Assembly: GCF_035084215.1 (NCBI RefSeq)
Contig: NC_090331.1
Span: forward strand, 33,604,001 to 33,668,000
Origin: Heptranchias perlo
Lineage: Eukaryota
Direction: 5' to 3'
DNA length: 64,000 bases
Below the pieces are notes generated by a model. It was not told where the DNA came from. It saw only the letters and a list, made by a program, of their open reading frames with translations, and ran no database searches. This document shows, piece after piece, positions 23,581-36,384 of the stretch. The stretch's first letter is position 1. The number at the start of each line of letters is the position of its first letter. The position numbers and the translations under genes are program-made.

Positions 23581-25797
23581 ATTGTATTTAATGCAACAAT
23601 GACTTAACTTTGTGTGTCCCAAAATTGTTTCTCAGTCTTGCAGCATTAAATATCTGAATCTGTGCAGAAGTGTTTGTGGTTGCTGATCAAATTCTGGCTT
23701 TGAGTTAGACAGCAGCCAATAAACAATATGATACGAACACAATTTTTTTTCAAATTGTCCTGGAGGTTCTCATTATATGAACTCGGCAATAACAGTGATA
23801 TCCTGTAATATCCTTGATGCTAAGCAAGACAATATGAAGGACTTCCTATTGCATTCTAATCCTTCTGAACTAAAACTGAAAAAAAATAGTTCATATTGAG
23901 ATTCACTGATATTGAAAAATGTTTCTTCACAGAGTAACCTGGTAGCATCCGTTACCTGGGAAACTAAGGTTGCATGAAGAGTTCTCCTGGAGAGATATAA
24001 TGAAATTGAAACTTTTTTCCTTGAGCCTGGTTAAAAATGTCAGCACAGAAAAATTAATGACTCACAATCTGTTAACTGTAGCAGCTTTTCTAATTTGAAT
24101 TTCAGGGGATTTAAAATTTACTTTCTATAAGAATTATTTTGAGGGTTTTTTTTCAATATGTCTAAACAAAGCCACTGATGATTATATGTCATGTTTTCTT
24201 CTAATACAAGAAATGTTGAGTGGTGCTTTATGTTCTAGCCATCTAGGCTTTATTATGATGTTCAGAAGGGATTATTTCAGGGTCAGTGTGGTTTTAAATA
24301 GCATTGCCACAAGGGGAAGATTCAGGTCTCTATTCTGTCAGATTAGGGATAGTTTACAATTAATACATCGGGAAAATATAGTTTGTCGTAAGTTTTAAAG
24401 AATGGAGTGAAGAAGATAGTGCTGATGGTTTCTACTGCAGCATGTTTGTGACTGAACTCATTGCTGTCTACCCCCCAGTGTTGTCAAATCCAAACTCTGC
24501 TGGAGTCTGTTGCTTTTCTGGGGTGAGGATGGAGTGGGTGGTTGTCATTTGACCTGATTGTCAATGCACTGAACACACCTTAGACATCAAACACAAAGTC
24601 TTCAGGAAAGATAGGGAAGGAAAGAAAGGGGGAGGGGGGGTGGCACTATTGATTAAGGAGAATATTGTAGTGCTGGAGAGAATGTCCTGGAGGGGTCAAG
24701 GACTGAATCTATTTGGTTAGAGTTAAGAAACAATAGAGGTGCCACTGCACTACTGGGTGTATTCGATAGGCCACCAACTAGTGGGAAGGATATAGATGAA
24801 CAAATTTGCAGGGAAATTACAGAGAGGTGCAAAAGCTATAGAGTAGTGATAATGGGGGACTTTAAATATCCAATATAGACTGGGTTAATAATAATAAGGG
24901 GCAAAGAGGGGGAGGAATTTTTGAAGTGTGTTCAGGATAACTTTCTTGACCAGTACATTTCCAGCCCAATGAAGAAGGAGACATTGCTGGACTTGGTTCT
25001 AGGGAATGAGGTGGGCCAAGTGGTGCAAGTGTCAGTGGGGGAGCATTTAGGGAGCAGCGATAATAGTATCATAAGATTTAGAATAGGTATAGAAAGGACA
25101 CAGACCACTCTAAAGTAAAAATACTCAACTGGAGGAGGGCCAATTTCAGTGGGATGAGAACAAATAAGTTGGAATCAAAGATTGATTCCAATTGAACAGT
25201 GGGCTGCCTTTAAAAAGGAGATGGTTCGGGTACAGTCTAGGCACATTCCCTGAGGCAGAAAGGTAGGGCAACTAATACGAGAGCTCCCTAGATGACAAAA
25301 GAGACAGAGAGTAAGATGAAGCAGAAAAAAGGGGCATATAACAGATGTCAGGTTGATAACACAAGTGAAAATCAGGGAGAATGTAGAAAATTCAGAGGGA
25401 AGTGAAAAAGGAAATAAGAGGGGCAAAGAAAGAGTATGAGATTAGATTGGCAGCCAACATAAAAGGGAATCCAAAAGTCTTCTACAAACATATAAATAGC
25501 AATTGGGGCCAATTAGGGACCATAAAGGAGGTCTACTCATGGAGGCAGAGGGCATGGCCGAGGTACTAAATGAGTACTTTGCATCTGTCTTTACCAAGGA
25601 AGAAGATGTTGCCAGAGTCTCAGTAAAGGAAGATATAGTTGAGATACTGGATGGGCTAAAAATTGATAAAGAAGAGGTACTAGAAAGGCTAGCCTTACTT
25701 AGGTCACCCGGTCCAGATGGGATGCATCCTAGGTTGCTGAGGGAAGTAAGGGGGGAAATTGCAGAGGTACTGGCCATAATCTTCCAAACATCCTTAG

Positions 25798-26014
25798 TAA
25801 ACAATTTTACAACACCAAGTTATAGTCCAGCAATTTTTTTTGAAATTCACAAGGTTTCGGAGGCTTCCTCCTTCCTCAGGTGAATGTGGAAAATGAGAAA
25901 GGAGGAAGCCTCCGAAAGCTTGTGAATTTCAAATAAAATTGCTGGACTATAACTTGGTGTTGTAAAATTGTTTACAATTGTCAACCCCAGTCCATCACCG
26001 GCATCTCCACATCA
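25798..26014. mobile_element. Short Penelope-type fold-back insertion (217 bp) with hammerhead motifs
   Basis: Flanked by the direct repeat AAACATCCTTAG (25786-25797 and 26015-26026) inside a CR1 ORF. It has inverted arms of about 80 bp and the tail CCCCAGTCCATCACCGGCATCTCCACATC, shared with 50497-50622. Confidence 0.88.
25845..25885 (-). ncRNA. Minimal type I hammerhead ribozyme motif
   Basis: The minus strand reads AUUCAC-CUGAGGA-A-GGAG-GAAGC-CUCC-GAAA-CC-UU-GUGAAU: core CUGAnGA/GAAA/UH, a 6-bp stem I and a 4-bp stem II. The stem III palindrome is mutated here (GAAACCUU versus GAAAGCUU in the other arm and copy). Confidence 0.75.
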
Positions 26015-27716
26015 AAACATCCTTAGATACAGGGGTGGTGCCAGAGAACAGGAGAATTGCAAATGTAACATCCTTGTTCAAAAAAGGGTGTAAGGATAAA
26101 CCCAGCAACTATAGGCCAGTCAGTTTAACCTCAGTGATGGGGAAACTTTTAGAAACGATAATCCGGAGCAGAATTAACAGTCATTTGGACGAGTGTGAAT
26201 TGATTAGGGAAAGCCAGTATGGATTTCTTAAAGGCAAATCGTGTTTAACGAACCTGATAGAGTTTTTTCATGAGGTAACAGAGAGGGTAGATGAGGGCAA
26301 TGCAGTTGATGTGGTGTATATGGACTTTCAAAGTAAATAAAGTATCGGCTTGTCATCAAGATTGTAGCCCATGGAATAAAAGGGGCAGAAGCAACATGGA
26401 TACAGAATTGGCTAAGTGACAGGGATCAGAGAGTAGTGGTGAACAGTTGTTTTTCGGACTGGAGGGAGGTGTACAGTGTTGCTCCCCAGGGGTCAGTGTT
26501 GGGACCACGGCTTTTCTTGATATATATTAATGACTTGCACTTGGGTGTATAGGGCACAATTTCAAAATATGTAGATGACACGAAACTTAGAAGTGTAGTG
26601 AACAGTGAGGAGGATAGTGATAGACTTCAAGAGAATATATACAGGCTGGTGGAATGGGTGAACACATGGCAGATGAAATTTAATGCAGAAAAATGCGAAG
26701 TGATATATTTCGGTAGGAAGAATGAGGAGAGGCAATATAAACTAGAGGGCATAATTCTAAAAGGGGTACAGGAACAGAGAGATCTGGGGGAATATGTACA
26801 CAAATCGTTGAAGATGGCAGGGCAGGTTGAGAAAGCGGTTAAAAAGCATACAAGATCCTGGGCTTTATAAATAGAGGCATAGAGTACAAAAGTAAGGAAG
26901 TCATGATGAACCTTTATAAAACATTGGTTCGGCCACAACTGGAGTACTGTGTCCAGTTCTGGGCACTGCACTTTAGGAAAGCCCTTAGAGAGGGTGCAGA
27001 AGAAATTTACTAGAATGATTCCAGGGATGAAGGACTTTAGTTACGTAGTTAGACTGGAGAAGCTGGGTTGTTCTCCTTAGAACAGAGAAGGTTTTGTGGA
27101 GATTTGATAAAGTTATTCAAAATCATGAAGGGTCTAGACAGGGTAGATAGAGAGAAACTGTTCCCATTGACGGAAGGGTCACGAACCAGAGGGCATAGAT
27201 TTAAGGTGATTGGCGAAAGAACCAAAGGTGACATGAGGAAAATCATTTTTACACAACAAGTAGTTAGGATCTGGAATGCCCTGCCAGAGCGGGTGTGTTG
27301 GAGGCAGAGTCAATCATGGCCTTCAAAAAGGAAACTGGATAAGTAGTTGAAAATGAAAATTGACAGGGCTACGGGGATAGGGCGAGGGAGTGGGACTAGC
27401 TGGATTGCTTTTGCATAGAGCTGGCACGGACTCAATGGGCCGAATTGCCTCCTTCCGTGCTGTAATCTTTCTTTGATTCTATGAAAGCTTTGTCTCTCAT
27501 GGCTTTCTGGTACATTAAGCTGTTCTTGATGATGCAATATGATATTTCTTGAATTTAAGGTAATCATTTACAAGCAATTCCTTGTGTCATGTTCTTCATA
27601 GACCTCAGCAATCCATCTCTCAACAACAGCTGGTCTACAGTTTGCATGCGATAAAATTCAGTAGTCCATTCACTTCTTTTGATACCATTCCTACCCAAAG
27701 AATATTTAAAGATAAT

Positions 27717-27905
27717 GGGTGTAATTCTGACTTTTATCAAGGGGCAAAAAATGGGCGCTAGCCAATCGTCTGCTCGTTTTATACCCTGCCTGATTTTCTT
27801 TCCAATCGACTACAATGGAAAAGAAAATAAAGCAGGTTGTAAAACTGCTGGTCGATTCGCTGTCGCCCATTTTTATGCCTGTTGATTAAAGTTAATGTTA
27901 CGCCC
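27717..27905. mobile_element. Palindromic Harbinger-type MITE (189 bp)
   Basis: GGGTGTAA...ACTTT / AAAGT...TTACGCCC with TSD AAT; an imperfect palindrome along its whole length. Confidence 0.8.
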
Positions 27906-28099
27906 AATTGCTTTTCAATGGATAGAAATATTTTGCAGACATTACAAACAAATATTATGTAATATATTTTCATTTTGTAATGTATAAATATTCCCCCAAA
28001 AAAATTATCCATATTAGCTAGAACCTTTATTTTTGTCTTATTTAAATTATCATTTCAGGCAATTGGTATCTGAATATACTACGATATTTTTTTTTTCTT

Positions 28100-28490
28100 T
28101 TTGCCCCCTGCAATTTTCTCCCATCCTTTACTGAAGGTGCTGATTTGTACTGAGGTAAAGTTCTAAGGGTGCTAGCCACCCTTCAGTATCTCACCCAAAT
28201 GGCCCTCTTCATATATGGATTTAGACAGATAGTAAGTGCTGGCAGGTAATTGACCACGGAGAACATCATAGCCAAGCTTTCGTTGTTTCTTCATTTGATG
28301 TCCATATGTGCACTTTCCAGCAGACCATTGTATGGTGATCAGGAATGGGAAGCATGGTTGATTTTATTTTTCCCTTTCCTAGCCCAAGGGCACTGAGGCC
28401 AATTATAGCATTCACTTTGATCAGCTAACTGTACAGACTAGAGATCAAACCTCGGACCATCCTGATGTGTATTGCTCAGAACACGTTGGG
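28100..28490 (-). mobile_element. Ancient tRNA-derived SINE (family not assigned)
   Basis: The minus strand has a B-box-like GGTTTGATCTC head followed by GTTAGCTGATC and AATTGGCCTCAGTGCCC, and an A-rich 3' end. Related copies lie at 4185 and 43900. Confidence 0.6.
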
Positions 28491-29499
28491 CAGGTGGTTC
28501 TAATTAATAAAGGAGCTCTAATATGATGTAATTAATTGTGACACCTTTGTGAGCTGTGTCATTTTATCTAAAATATAATTAGTTCTGACTAGTGAGCATA
28601 ATTGATAGGAACAAAGTGCAAAGTCCAGAACCATATAAATATTTTTATCTCCTTGTCTTTGTGCTTGAAAGTCAATTAGATTTATTAATGCACTAAATAC
28701 AGATAGATATTATGCAGAATAACTCATTTTAATATTTTGTATACTACTTCCCTTTATCACAAGTAGACAGAGCTGAAAACTACAAGCACTAATATCTTTT
28801 AGTGCCATTTGCTTTTAGGATATAAGCAACACTCAGTGTCGCTGTCTATCGTAAGTGCATTTATTGTAAAGTACTTAAAACTGCTGATTCAAAGCGTGTG
28901 TGTAAAAGCTTTTCCATTTTCATGATTTAAATCAATTTGAAATGTCAAATTCACACTCCAAGGAAATCATCATTTTCTTACACGCCAGTTTCTACATTAG
29001 AACTCATCCTTTTACATATGACACACTCAGCATAGAACGTTTAGCAATGAAAACATTTTGTTTTGTCAAAGCCAACCAATTGTTTTTTTCTCTAGATTCT
29101 TTGATTTAATGTATGGATTTTGAACCATGTATGAATTGAATATTTAATTCATAGCTGAAGCAATTTATGCTGACGAGAGCATTTGGATTCAGATTTACAG
29201 GGCATCAAAATGTTGATTTTCTGAGGTTCCAAATTTCAATGGTAGTACACCAACTAGAAACTCTTCTAAATTACCATCGTGTATTAATGAAATTCAGACA
29301 AAATAACTCTGAGCAATGGCTGCATAACCTTTCATGTCAGTTGACACAGACAGACCCACCCGTCCATGAAAGCTTGGGGCACCCCACACTTGAATGTCAA
29401 AAATCAATCACATACATTTGTATTAGAGAACTTTAATGAGCTGTCATGCCCATTTTTTTTATAAATCATTTCAAAATACGTTCTTTGAAATTCATAAAA

Positions 29500-29800
29500 A
29501 GGAGAGAGTGGAAGGATTAGGGGCTCATGGGGATGTATAAGAGAAAAGAGATGAGATTGGAAATGGCCCTGTTGGTGATTGAAAGTTTCAAAGTGGCAAG
29601 AATTCCTGATGACAAGGTGATAGGGTTAGTCGAGTATGTCCATGGGGGAATGTATTTGGGGAGTGAGCTTGAAGGAGACAGGATAGCAGACAAATCAAAG
29701 GAGATGGGAAAGACTGAAATTGGGTGGAGATTAAAGTTACCAAGAATGAGGAGTTACTCGGTACAAAGACTGAGTGTGCAGAGAGTGAGCTTTGAGCACT
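29500..29800 (-). mobile_element. L2 endonuclease-region relic
   Basis: The minus strand gives LLILGNFNLH and HGHT-like motifs. Confidence 0.5.
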
Positions 29801-31398
29801 CAAGATTACAAGTAGGATTCAGTTATGCTTTCATTACTGTAAGTTAGTTTTCATAACTCTGAACATAGGATGAAACACTGATATTAGGATGACTTCAAAC
29901 TAGGCAGAATGTTTAATGATTCTGTATTCATAAAATTGACCATATAAGGTTTGTGGATACTTGGATGCATTCATTTGCTTCAGTACTGAATTTTCTGATC
30001 TGTTGAGTATAATATAAATGGTTATTACTGAAGTACCTGATTTGCTCCGGTTGGGAAATGGATTTGGATTAAGCATGAGGAGAATTTCAAGAATCTACTA
30101 CCTTTAGCCCTCTTGGAAACTATTTCGAGGAGATCTTGATGTTACATGAGAAAAATAGAAAGTAGTTGTTAAAGATATAACACAAAGTATTGCAACATGT
30201 ATGATCTGTTAAATATCAAAACATTTTTCAGGAAAATGTATTTACCTCATTTAATGGTAGCTTCATTGAATGTTATTGTTGCTATGTTCTGTTTGGCTAA
30301 ATGTACATGAGGAGGTGCCTTCACCCTGTGTTGTGCATGCTACCAATTAGATTTGAATGAATTTTATCATAGGGAGGGTCAGGTCTCCTTAGATTTAGCA
30401 ATATCTTGCTCTGTGTGCATAATTTATGGAACTGTGATGGTTGAGTGATGAAGAAAGATTCAGAGCAAAGAAACAGACACTACAAAATGACATTTTTGAC
30501 TACAGAAAATGATAAACATTATGGGTTTTGATCCGTTCTGGGGAGCCAGCCAGCTGCCTTCACTAGATGCGTTATATCTTTGCCACAGATTTTCAGTTAT
30601 GTCTCATCCATCTCTCAAGAGATTCGAGCTTTTAATGCCACAAAATGTACAACCAACACAAATTTTAATTGCTATTAGATACTACACCATAACTGCAGGT
30701 TCCATCAATAATTTTTTGCAGCTTTTACTTTTTTTTTGAAATTGTTGTTTTCTGGTATTTTGACATGAAGGTCAGATTGTTTCTCTAAGTGCAGAAGAGG
30801 GAAGTTTAATGACTAATAGGAATGCATCTAGCCCTAATTGAACTAACTATTGCATGCCTCTGATGAATGATGCAACATATTCAATTCGAAAGGAAAGACA
30901 AATTATTCCCAAGGAACCAAATGGGCTTTTTTCCCCTCCACGCATTGCCCTTTTTCCTACAAGCTTTCAACAACGGCATCTTTTCTACCATCTGTAGCCT
31001 GTGAAAGTTTAGGTGTAATGCCTCATTAGCACTGACGGTCACCTTCACAGTGTTGCTCATGGAGACACAATTTACTAACTGTGGCTCATCAAAGCAGCTC
31101 GAGTATTGTGCAGTTGATGAGTTGCAGGCATAATGTGAAAAGCGCCCTCAAAGATCTGTCACATAATTGATAGCTTTGATAATAGAGAACTAACTACACT
31201 CCTAGATCTTGGAATATATAATTTTACAAGTAACTAGTTTTATAAGTGACTAGTTGAAGGATATCTACCATAACTTCATAAAAAAAACTTCGAGGGATTA
31301 CACTGTTGAAATTTTCAGTTAATGAAGCAGCTATTTCTGCATGCAATCTGGAACTGTTGTGGTGGTATCAAAGCTATTTGCATCCTCTATTATTAGAT

Positions 31399-31816
31399 GC
31401 CTCTGAGTCAGAAGGTGATGGATTCTAGACTCACCCCAGAGATTTGAGCACATAATCTAGGCTGACACCTCAATACAATACTGAGGGAGTGCTGCGCTAT
31501 CAGAGGTGCCGTCTTTCAGATGAGTTGTTAAACCAAGGCCCCACCTTCCCTCTCAAGTGGACGTAAAAGATCTCCTGGCATTATTCGAAGAGCAGCAGGG
31601 ATGTTCCAAATGTTTATCCCTCAAACTACATCACTAAATCAGGTTATCTGGTCATTTATCTCATTGCTGTTTGTGGGATGTTGCTGTGTGCAAGTTGGCC
31701 GCTGCATTTACCAACATTACAACAGTGACTACACTTCAAAAGTACTTCATTGTGTGAAACGCTTTGGGATGTCCTGAAGTCGTGAAAGGCGCTATATAAA
31801 TGCAAGTTCTTTCTTT
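31399..31816 (+). mobile_element. Deu-domain SINE (SacSINE1/AmnSINE1-like)
   Basis: tRNA-like head GCCTCTGAGTCAGAAGGT, Deu core TACTGAGGGAGTGCTGC...GGTGCCGTCTTTCAGATGAG...CTCATTGCTGTTTGTGGGA, and L2-type tail AAAGGCGCTATATAAATGCAAGT. Confidence 0.88.
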
Positions 31817-32546
31817 ACAAGCCAAGTGTCATTTTTAAATCCTTTCAAAGTTTCTGTCAGTCCCTTTTGAAACTGTTTGTTTAAAAACATGTGAAAATAA
31901 TGGTAAATTTATATTGTTTTGTAAGCTTTCGTAATTAGTTCTTGGTTTCATGTGGAATTTTCTGGTTTGCAAACTAGAAATTATTGATCATGATTCCCAT
32001 TTAATATAACTTGTATCCTGAAGCAATATCAGTAAGAAAGTGCAGATTTTTGACACTTTGGGCCCGATTTTAGCACCCGCTCTCGGGTGCGTTCTCGGCG
32101 GGGGGGCCTCGAAAATTGCAAAATGGAGGAGCGGGACCGGATCGCGCCTCGATCCCGCCCACTTCCGGGTTCCCCGCTGACGCGCGGGCGTGCGTGCGCA
32201 GCCCCCGCTGGTGGGAATCCCGCAGGCAATTAAAGCCAGCGGGATGTCACTTGACGCTATTTACTTTGCTATTTCAGGTCATTAACTGACCTGATTAAGG
32301 GACTGTGTGTGATTTTTGTGCAACATGGGACTGTTTCCCGTACTGGGGGAAACACTCCCAGCTGGAATGGACGTGTTGCAGCTGTCAGCCTGCGGCAGTT
32401 GCAAAGGTCCATTTGACAGGTTGGGGGGGAGACCCTCACTCATTGCAGGAGGCCACTCTGTCACTTGGGACAAAGTTTGGCCTCCACCACCCTCCTCCTG
32501 ACAGTCAAAGTCACCAACCTGCACACTTACCCCGGGGTTCGGGCAC

Positions 32547-33071
32547 ATGTACCTACCTTGCGGACCCCCTCAGATGTACATCTTGTGGATGGGGGTCGCC
32601 GTAGCTGCAGTCATGACCTCCTCAGGGGGCGAACAGCATCACCAGCCTCGCCAGCCTCGCCATCCACACCGTCCACCTCTGACACGTGGAGCTCCACAAC
32701 AGAGTGCTGTGACACATCCACCTGTACAGCAGGAGGGAGGGCTACCACAGAGAGAGATGCGTCGCAGACGGCACTACCCTCGCCACACGTTCCACAGACT
32801 GAGGCGCAGCCTCCTGGACCTCTCTGAGCAGCAGTGCACACGGAGGCTCAGAGTCACTCGACATGTAGCCGTGGACATCTGCAGCCTCTTTCATGCCGAG
32901 CTGCTCCTGGCTGGCCCGTGCACCATCTTCCTACCTGTCGCTGTCAAAGTCACCACTGCCCTCCCGAACTTCTCCTCCGCATCCTTCCAGGGTGCCACCG
33001 GGGACATCGCCGATGTCTCTCAGTCGTCTGCGCAGAAGAGCCCTGCAAATACACCTACACCCACTCTGTAG
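32547..33071 (+). CDS. Truncated Harbinger transposase ORF (N-terminal region only, 174 aa)
   Basis: Open frame with RRRRHYP, LLDLSEQQCTRRLR, LPVAVKVTTAL and FQGATGDIADVSQSSA; no DDE residues. Expression is unknown. Confidence 0.5.
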   Translation: MYLPCGPPQMYILWMGVAVAAVMTSSGGEQHHQPRQPRHPHRPPLTRGAPQQSAVTHPPVQQEGGLPQREMRRRRHYPRHTFHRLRRSLLDLSEQQCTRRLRVTRHVAVDICSLFHAELLLAGPCTIFLPVAVKVTTALPNFSSASFQGATGDIADVSQSSAQKSPANTPTPTL

Positions 33072-33603
33072 TGACACAATGGGTGGCATCAGTGGTGGGT
33101 CCTCGTAGTGATACCCAGGAGTGGGCTTTATTGCACAAACCGGACAGGATTCACGAAGACATGGCAGTAGTGGTGCCAATATAATGTGTGATGTGAGTTG
33201 TTCTGAAATTCAATAGAAGTAACAACCATGACAAACCCTCAAACACCCTTGTGCATCCCCTTCATGCTCACGACACGTTTGCCTTACGCTGCCTACTGCA
33301 CATATGTGATGCATGCCCTGTGGCTGCAGCACAGGTGGTGGCAGGTTGAGTGAGGCTGGCCGTGAGAGAGATGCATGAGAGGGTGAGTATGGGATAGAGC
33401 CATGAGATTGTATGAGGATTGGGTTGCGTGTTAGTGGCGGGGTGAGTACTGGCGAGGTGAGTAGGTGCAGGTAAGATGAGGATGAGGTTTGAGTGGGTAT
33501 GAGGGGTCATGTGACAGAGTAGTGTTGGCAGTGCCGAAGGAGATGTGGGGTGGGGGCAGTGATGTAGCAGACGGAGTGTAGGGGAATGACTACGTGTACT
33601 CAC

Positions 33604-33849
33604 TGTGGCTGACCTACTGAGGTCATTAGACCGCGTCCTGCACTGTGTGCAGGTGGGCGATATGTTGGTGGCGCGGGTGACCCCCTCTGCCACCTCGAGC
33701 CAGGCCTTCCTGGTGGCAGAGGCGGGCCGCTTCCTCCCGCCCGCCGGGTGGAAGATCTCTGTCCTCCCCCTCCTCCTCACCCCATGTATTGATACCTGGG
33801 GTGAGGGATCATTAAACTGGGAGCAGCCGTCCCCCTGGGCTGCTTCATG
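33604..33849 (-). pseudogene. Harbinger Myb/SANT exon 1
   Basis: VRRRGRTEIFHPAGGRKRPASATRKAWLEVAEGVTRATNISPTCTQCRTRSNDLSRSAT followed by a GTGAGT donor; frameshifted near the start. Confidence 0.8.
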
Positions 33850-34639
33850 CAGTCATCTTTGCTATTTCTTGCAGCATCTGTCAGTGGAGGACTGCCCCTT
33901 TAAATAGAGCGCCTCCAGCTGACAGATCTTACTGCGCATGCGCAGCCCGCCCGACGCGCAGATCAGCAGCGGGGAACCCGGAGGAGCAGGTAAGTGGATC
34001 CAATTAGTGGTTTGCCTGCTGCGATCGCGCAGGAAACCCACTAATTTCTCGTAACGCGCCCGTTTGCCCATCTGCCGGGAACCCGCACCCCTGGTAAAAT
34101 CAGGCCCTTTATGTTAAGTGCATTTGACATTTCTGACCAAATAAATTACTATGTTTTAATTTAAATATATTTGCTTATTGAAATATCTTTGTTTTTGTAA
34201 TCATTTTAATTATGATATATGGCATTTTTTGAATCCTCATTATCGTAAATATTGCTTTAAAATGTCCAGTTAAAAATCTGAGCAGGACTGTGCACAAGAA
34301 TGTGATTACACTGCTTCTGTTTAAAGTAATATGAGAGGATCTGGTGATTAATTGAACACTGAGCCTTGAGATATAATTTATTAATGTACCAAAGTATTGT
34401 ACTACAGAGTAGTCGGATGCAGCTTCTTCGTTACTGTTTGCTACACAATGGGTTCCTGATTGCAGGCAAACCATCTGAAGATTGCAAGCCACTTTCCCCA
34501 TGAGGAGGGAGGAAAACTCCAAAGGATAAGTTAACTTGGGTTGCTCTGAGGCACCATCTAGGAACAAGAAATACAGCAGTCTTGGCAGAGGATTGACAGC
34601 AAATCCTGTGCCCACCTTCTACACAGTGAGCTCCACTTA

Positions 34640-35030
34640 CCCACATAATGAGTTCCCAATCACTCCAATTTAATATGCTCTCTTCACCCTACCCAATGAT
34701 TTCCACACCACTTCAGCCTGAACAATGCTCTATGCAAAAGCATAACTTACCTCAATATGCATTTTATTTCTGTTTTATACAACCGAACATCCCATTTGCT
34801 TTCTTGACAGCAGCCGGACATTAACTTGATGTCTTGAGGGATTGGCTTACTATAACTCCCAGCTCCCTTTCCTGTTTCATTTTTGTCAGTATTTTCCAAC
34901 TAATCGTATAATTCTTCTCCTTATTTTGTATTCCTAGATGCACAACTTTACACTTATCTACATTAAACTGTATCTGCCTATTATCAGTCCAGTGCTCTAG
35001 TTTTAAATCTCACTGTAGCTTGTCCCCTCT
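34640..35030 (-). mobile_element. Old CR1 relic
   Basis: Decayed WQIQFNVDKCKVVHLG-like and ANGMFGCI motifs on the minus strand. Confidence 0.6.
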
Positions 35031-36384
35031 TCCAAAAAAATTGGTCTGGCCTGATGGTGATAGTCAGCTGCAGCATCAGGCATGTTTCAGTGCTGTCTTA
35101 TGAGGAGTGTGCCCTGGATTGGCAAACAGAGTCACACTCCCTGGAATCACCTTTTGCATTACCACTGCTCCTACAGCCATCATCAGACAGTGTTGGGGAG
35201 GGTCTGGTGCTGGGCCGCTCCATTACTCCATTTTTGGCTCCATATTGGGTTTCTTTTTGCTTAATTTTGGCTAGTTACTTCTTTATCTTCTGCCTTGGAA
35301 AAGGCTGCAAATGGGTTGAGATGCCCTTTTGAGACTTTCCAAAAGCATGTGTTGTATTCTGCAGTTGTAATTGTCCTTTTTCCAATGCATTGAAAGGCTA
35401 AAGAAGTTAATCTAAAATGCAAGCTTACTTATCAGTAATTTCAAAATATATTTGGGTTAATTTTCCAAAATGTACACCTAGCATCGAGGCTTGTCTACAA
35501 GGAGCGCAACATCACTCCCCTAATATACACTTCTGGAGAGCAAAGGTCCATACCCGGGGCATAGCTTTGGAAAGTCAGTCCTGTGATCTAATCTGAATAT
35601 CATCTGTAAGATGGCCAGTATTTTTGATGAGCTGTGCAAACTGTAGTTAGTTTAAATGCTAGCAATGTTAAAATATTGTTTTCTTTAAGCCTTGAGCCCA
35701 AAAGTGTATTTCAGAAAGCCGTTAAACAGACCAACCCAAAAGCTAAGTTTGCTGGAAGCATAGAAGGCAGATGTTGATATTATCTGTCACTCGTTGGTTG
35801 AACATTATTTATAATTACAATCATCATCACTCATCTCCCTGTGTTTGACTAGCTCAATGTTCAGCTAGAGCCCAGCTTGACCTATCTTGTGTTTGTGGAT
35901 CCATCTAAAATGATGGTGAAACTATATATTTTTTTAAATGGTGCAGTGGATGACAGGGCCAGTGTTACTAGAAAAGCTTCTTGCATTCATTTAAGTCTAA
36001 GTCAGCAAGTTCACAACTAATCCTGTCTTTAGTCAATCCGGCTTTGATCTCTGTTACTGTCACTAGAACTCAATAGTCAGCTCTGCCACTCTTACATTGT
36101 CTGACACGTGCCTAATTAGACAGAATGCTTAGAATTGCACTACCAGGGACATGGAGATATACCCACTACAAAAATGGTATAAATCAAAACCATCTCTCAC
36201 CCCACTAGACTTAGACATCAGCTACTTATTTGTATTTCCCCGTCCCCACCGTCCCCCCACCTCCCCATGAGTCATACAATGATTACCGTTGTCACTGTAG
36301 CTTAAGACACAAGTGGCAACTTCCTGCTCGGCATTTGACATTGTTAGGACATTTTACAAACAAACAAACAAAAGAGAAATGAGA

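Larger units (their letters stand above)
24590..27484 (+). mobile_element. Long CR1 LINE (endonuclease end to 3' tail), frameshifted
   Basis: GGGVALLIKE, IMGDF, LLDLVLGN, SPGPDGMHPRLL, NYRPVSLTS, GFLKGKSCLTNLIEFF, VDVVYMDF, PQGSVLGP and YVDD motifs; tail GATTCTATG. Confidence 0.96.
32060..34107 (+). mobile_element. Internally deleted Harbinger element, copy A (2048 bp)
   Basis: TIRs GGGCCCGATTTTAGCA / TGGTAAAATCAGGCCC with TSD TTT. Carries the transposase N-terminus on + and Myb exon 1 on -. CpG-rich ends. Colinear with 49245-51430. Confidence 0.93.

Noticed and set aside
30860-30898. Hammerhead motif CTGATGA...GAAA
   Set aside because: No stem I/III pairing and no correctly placed UH cleavage site.
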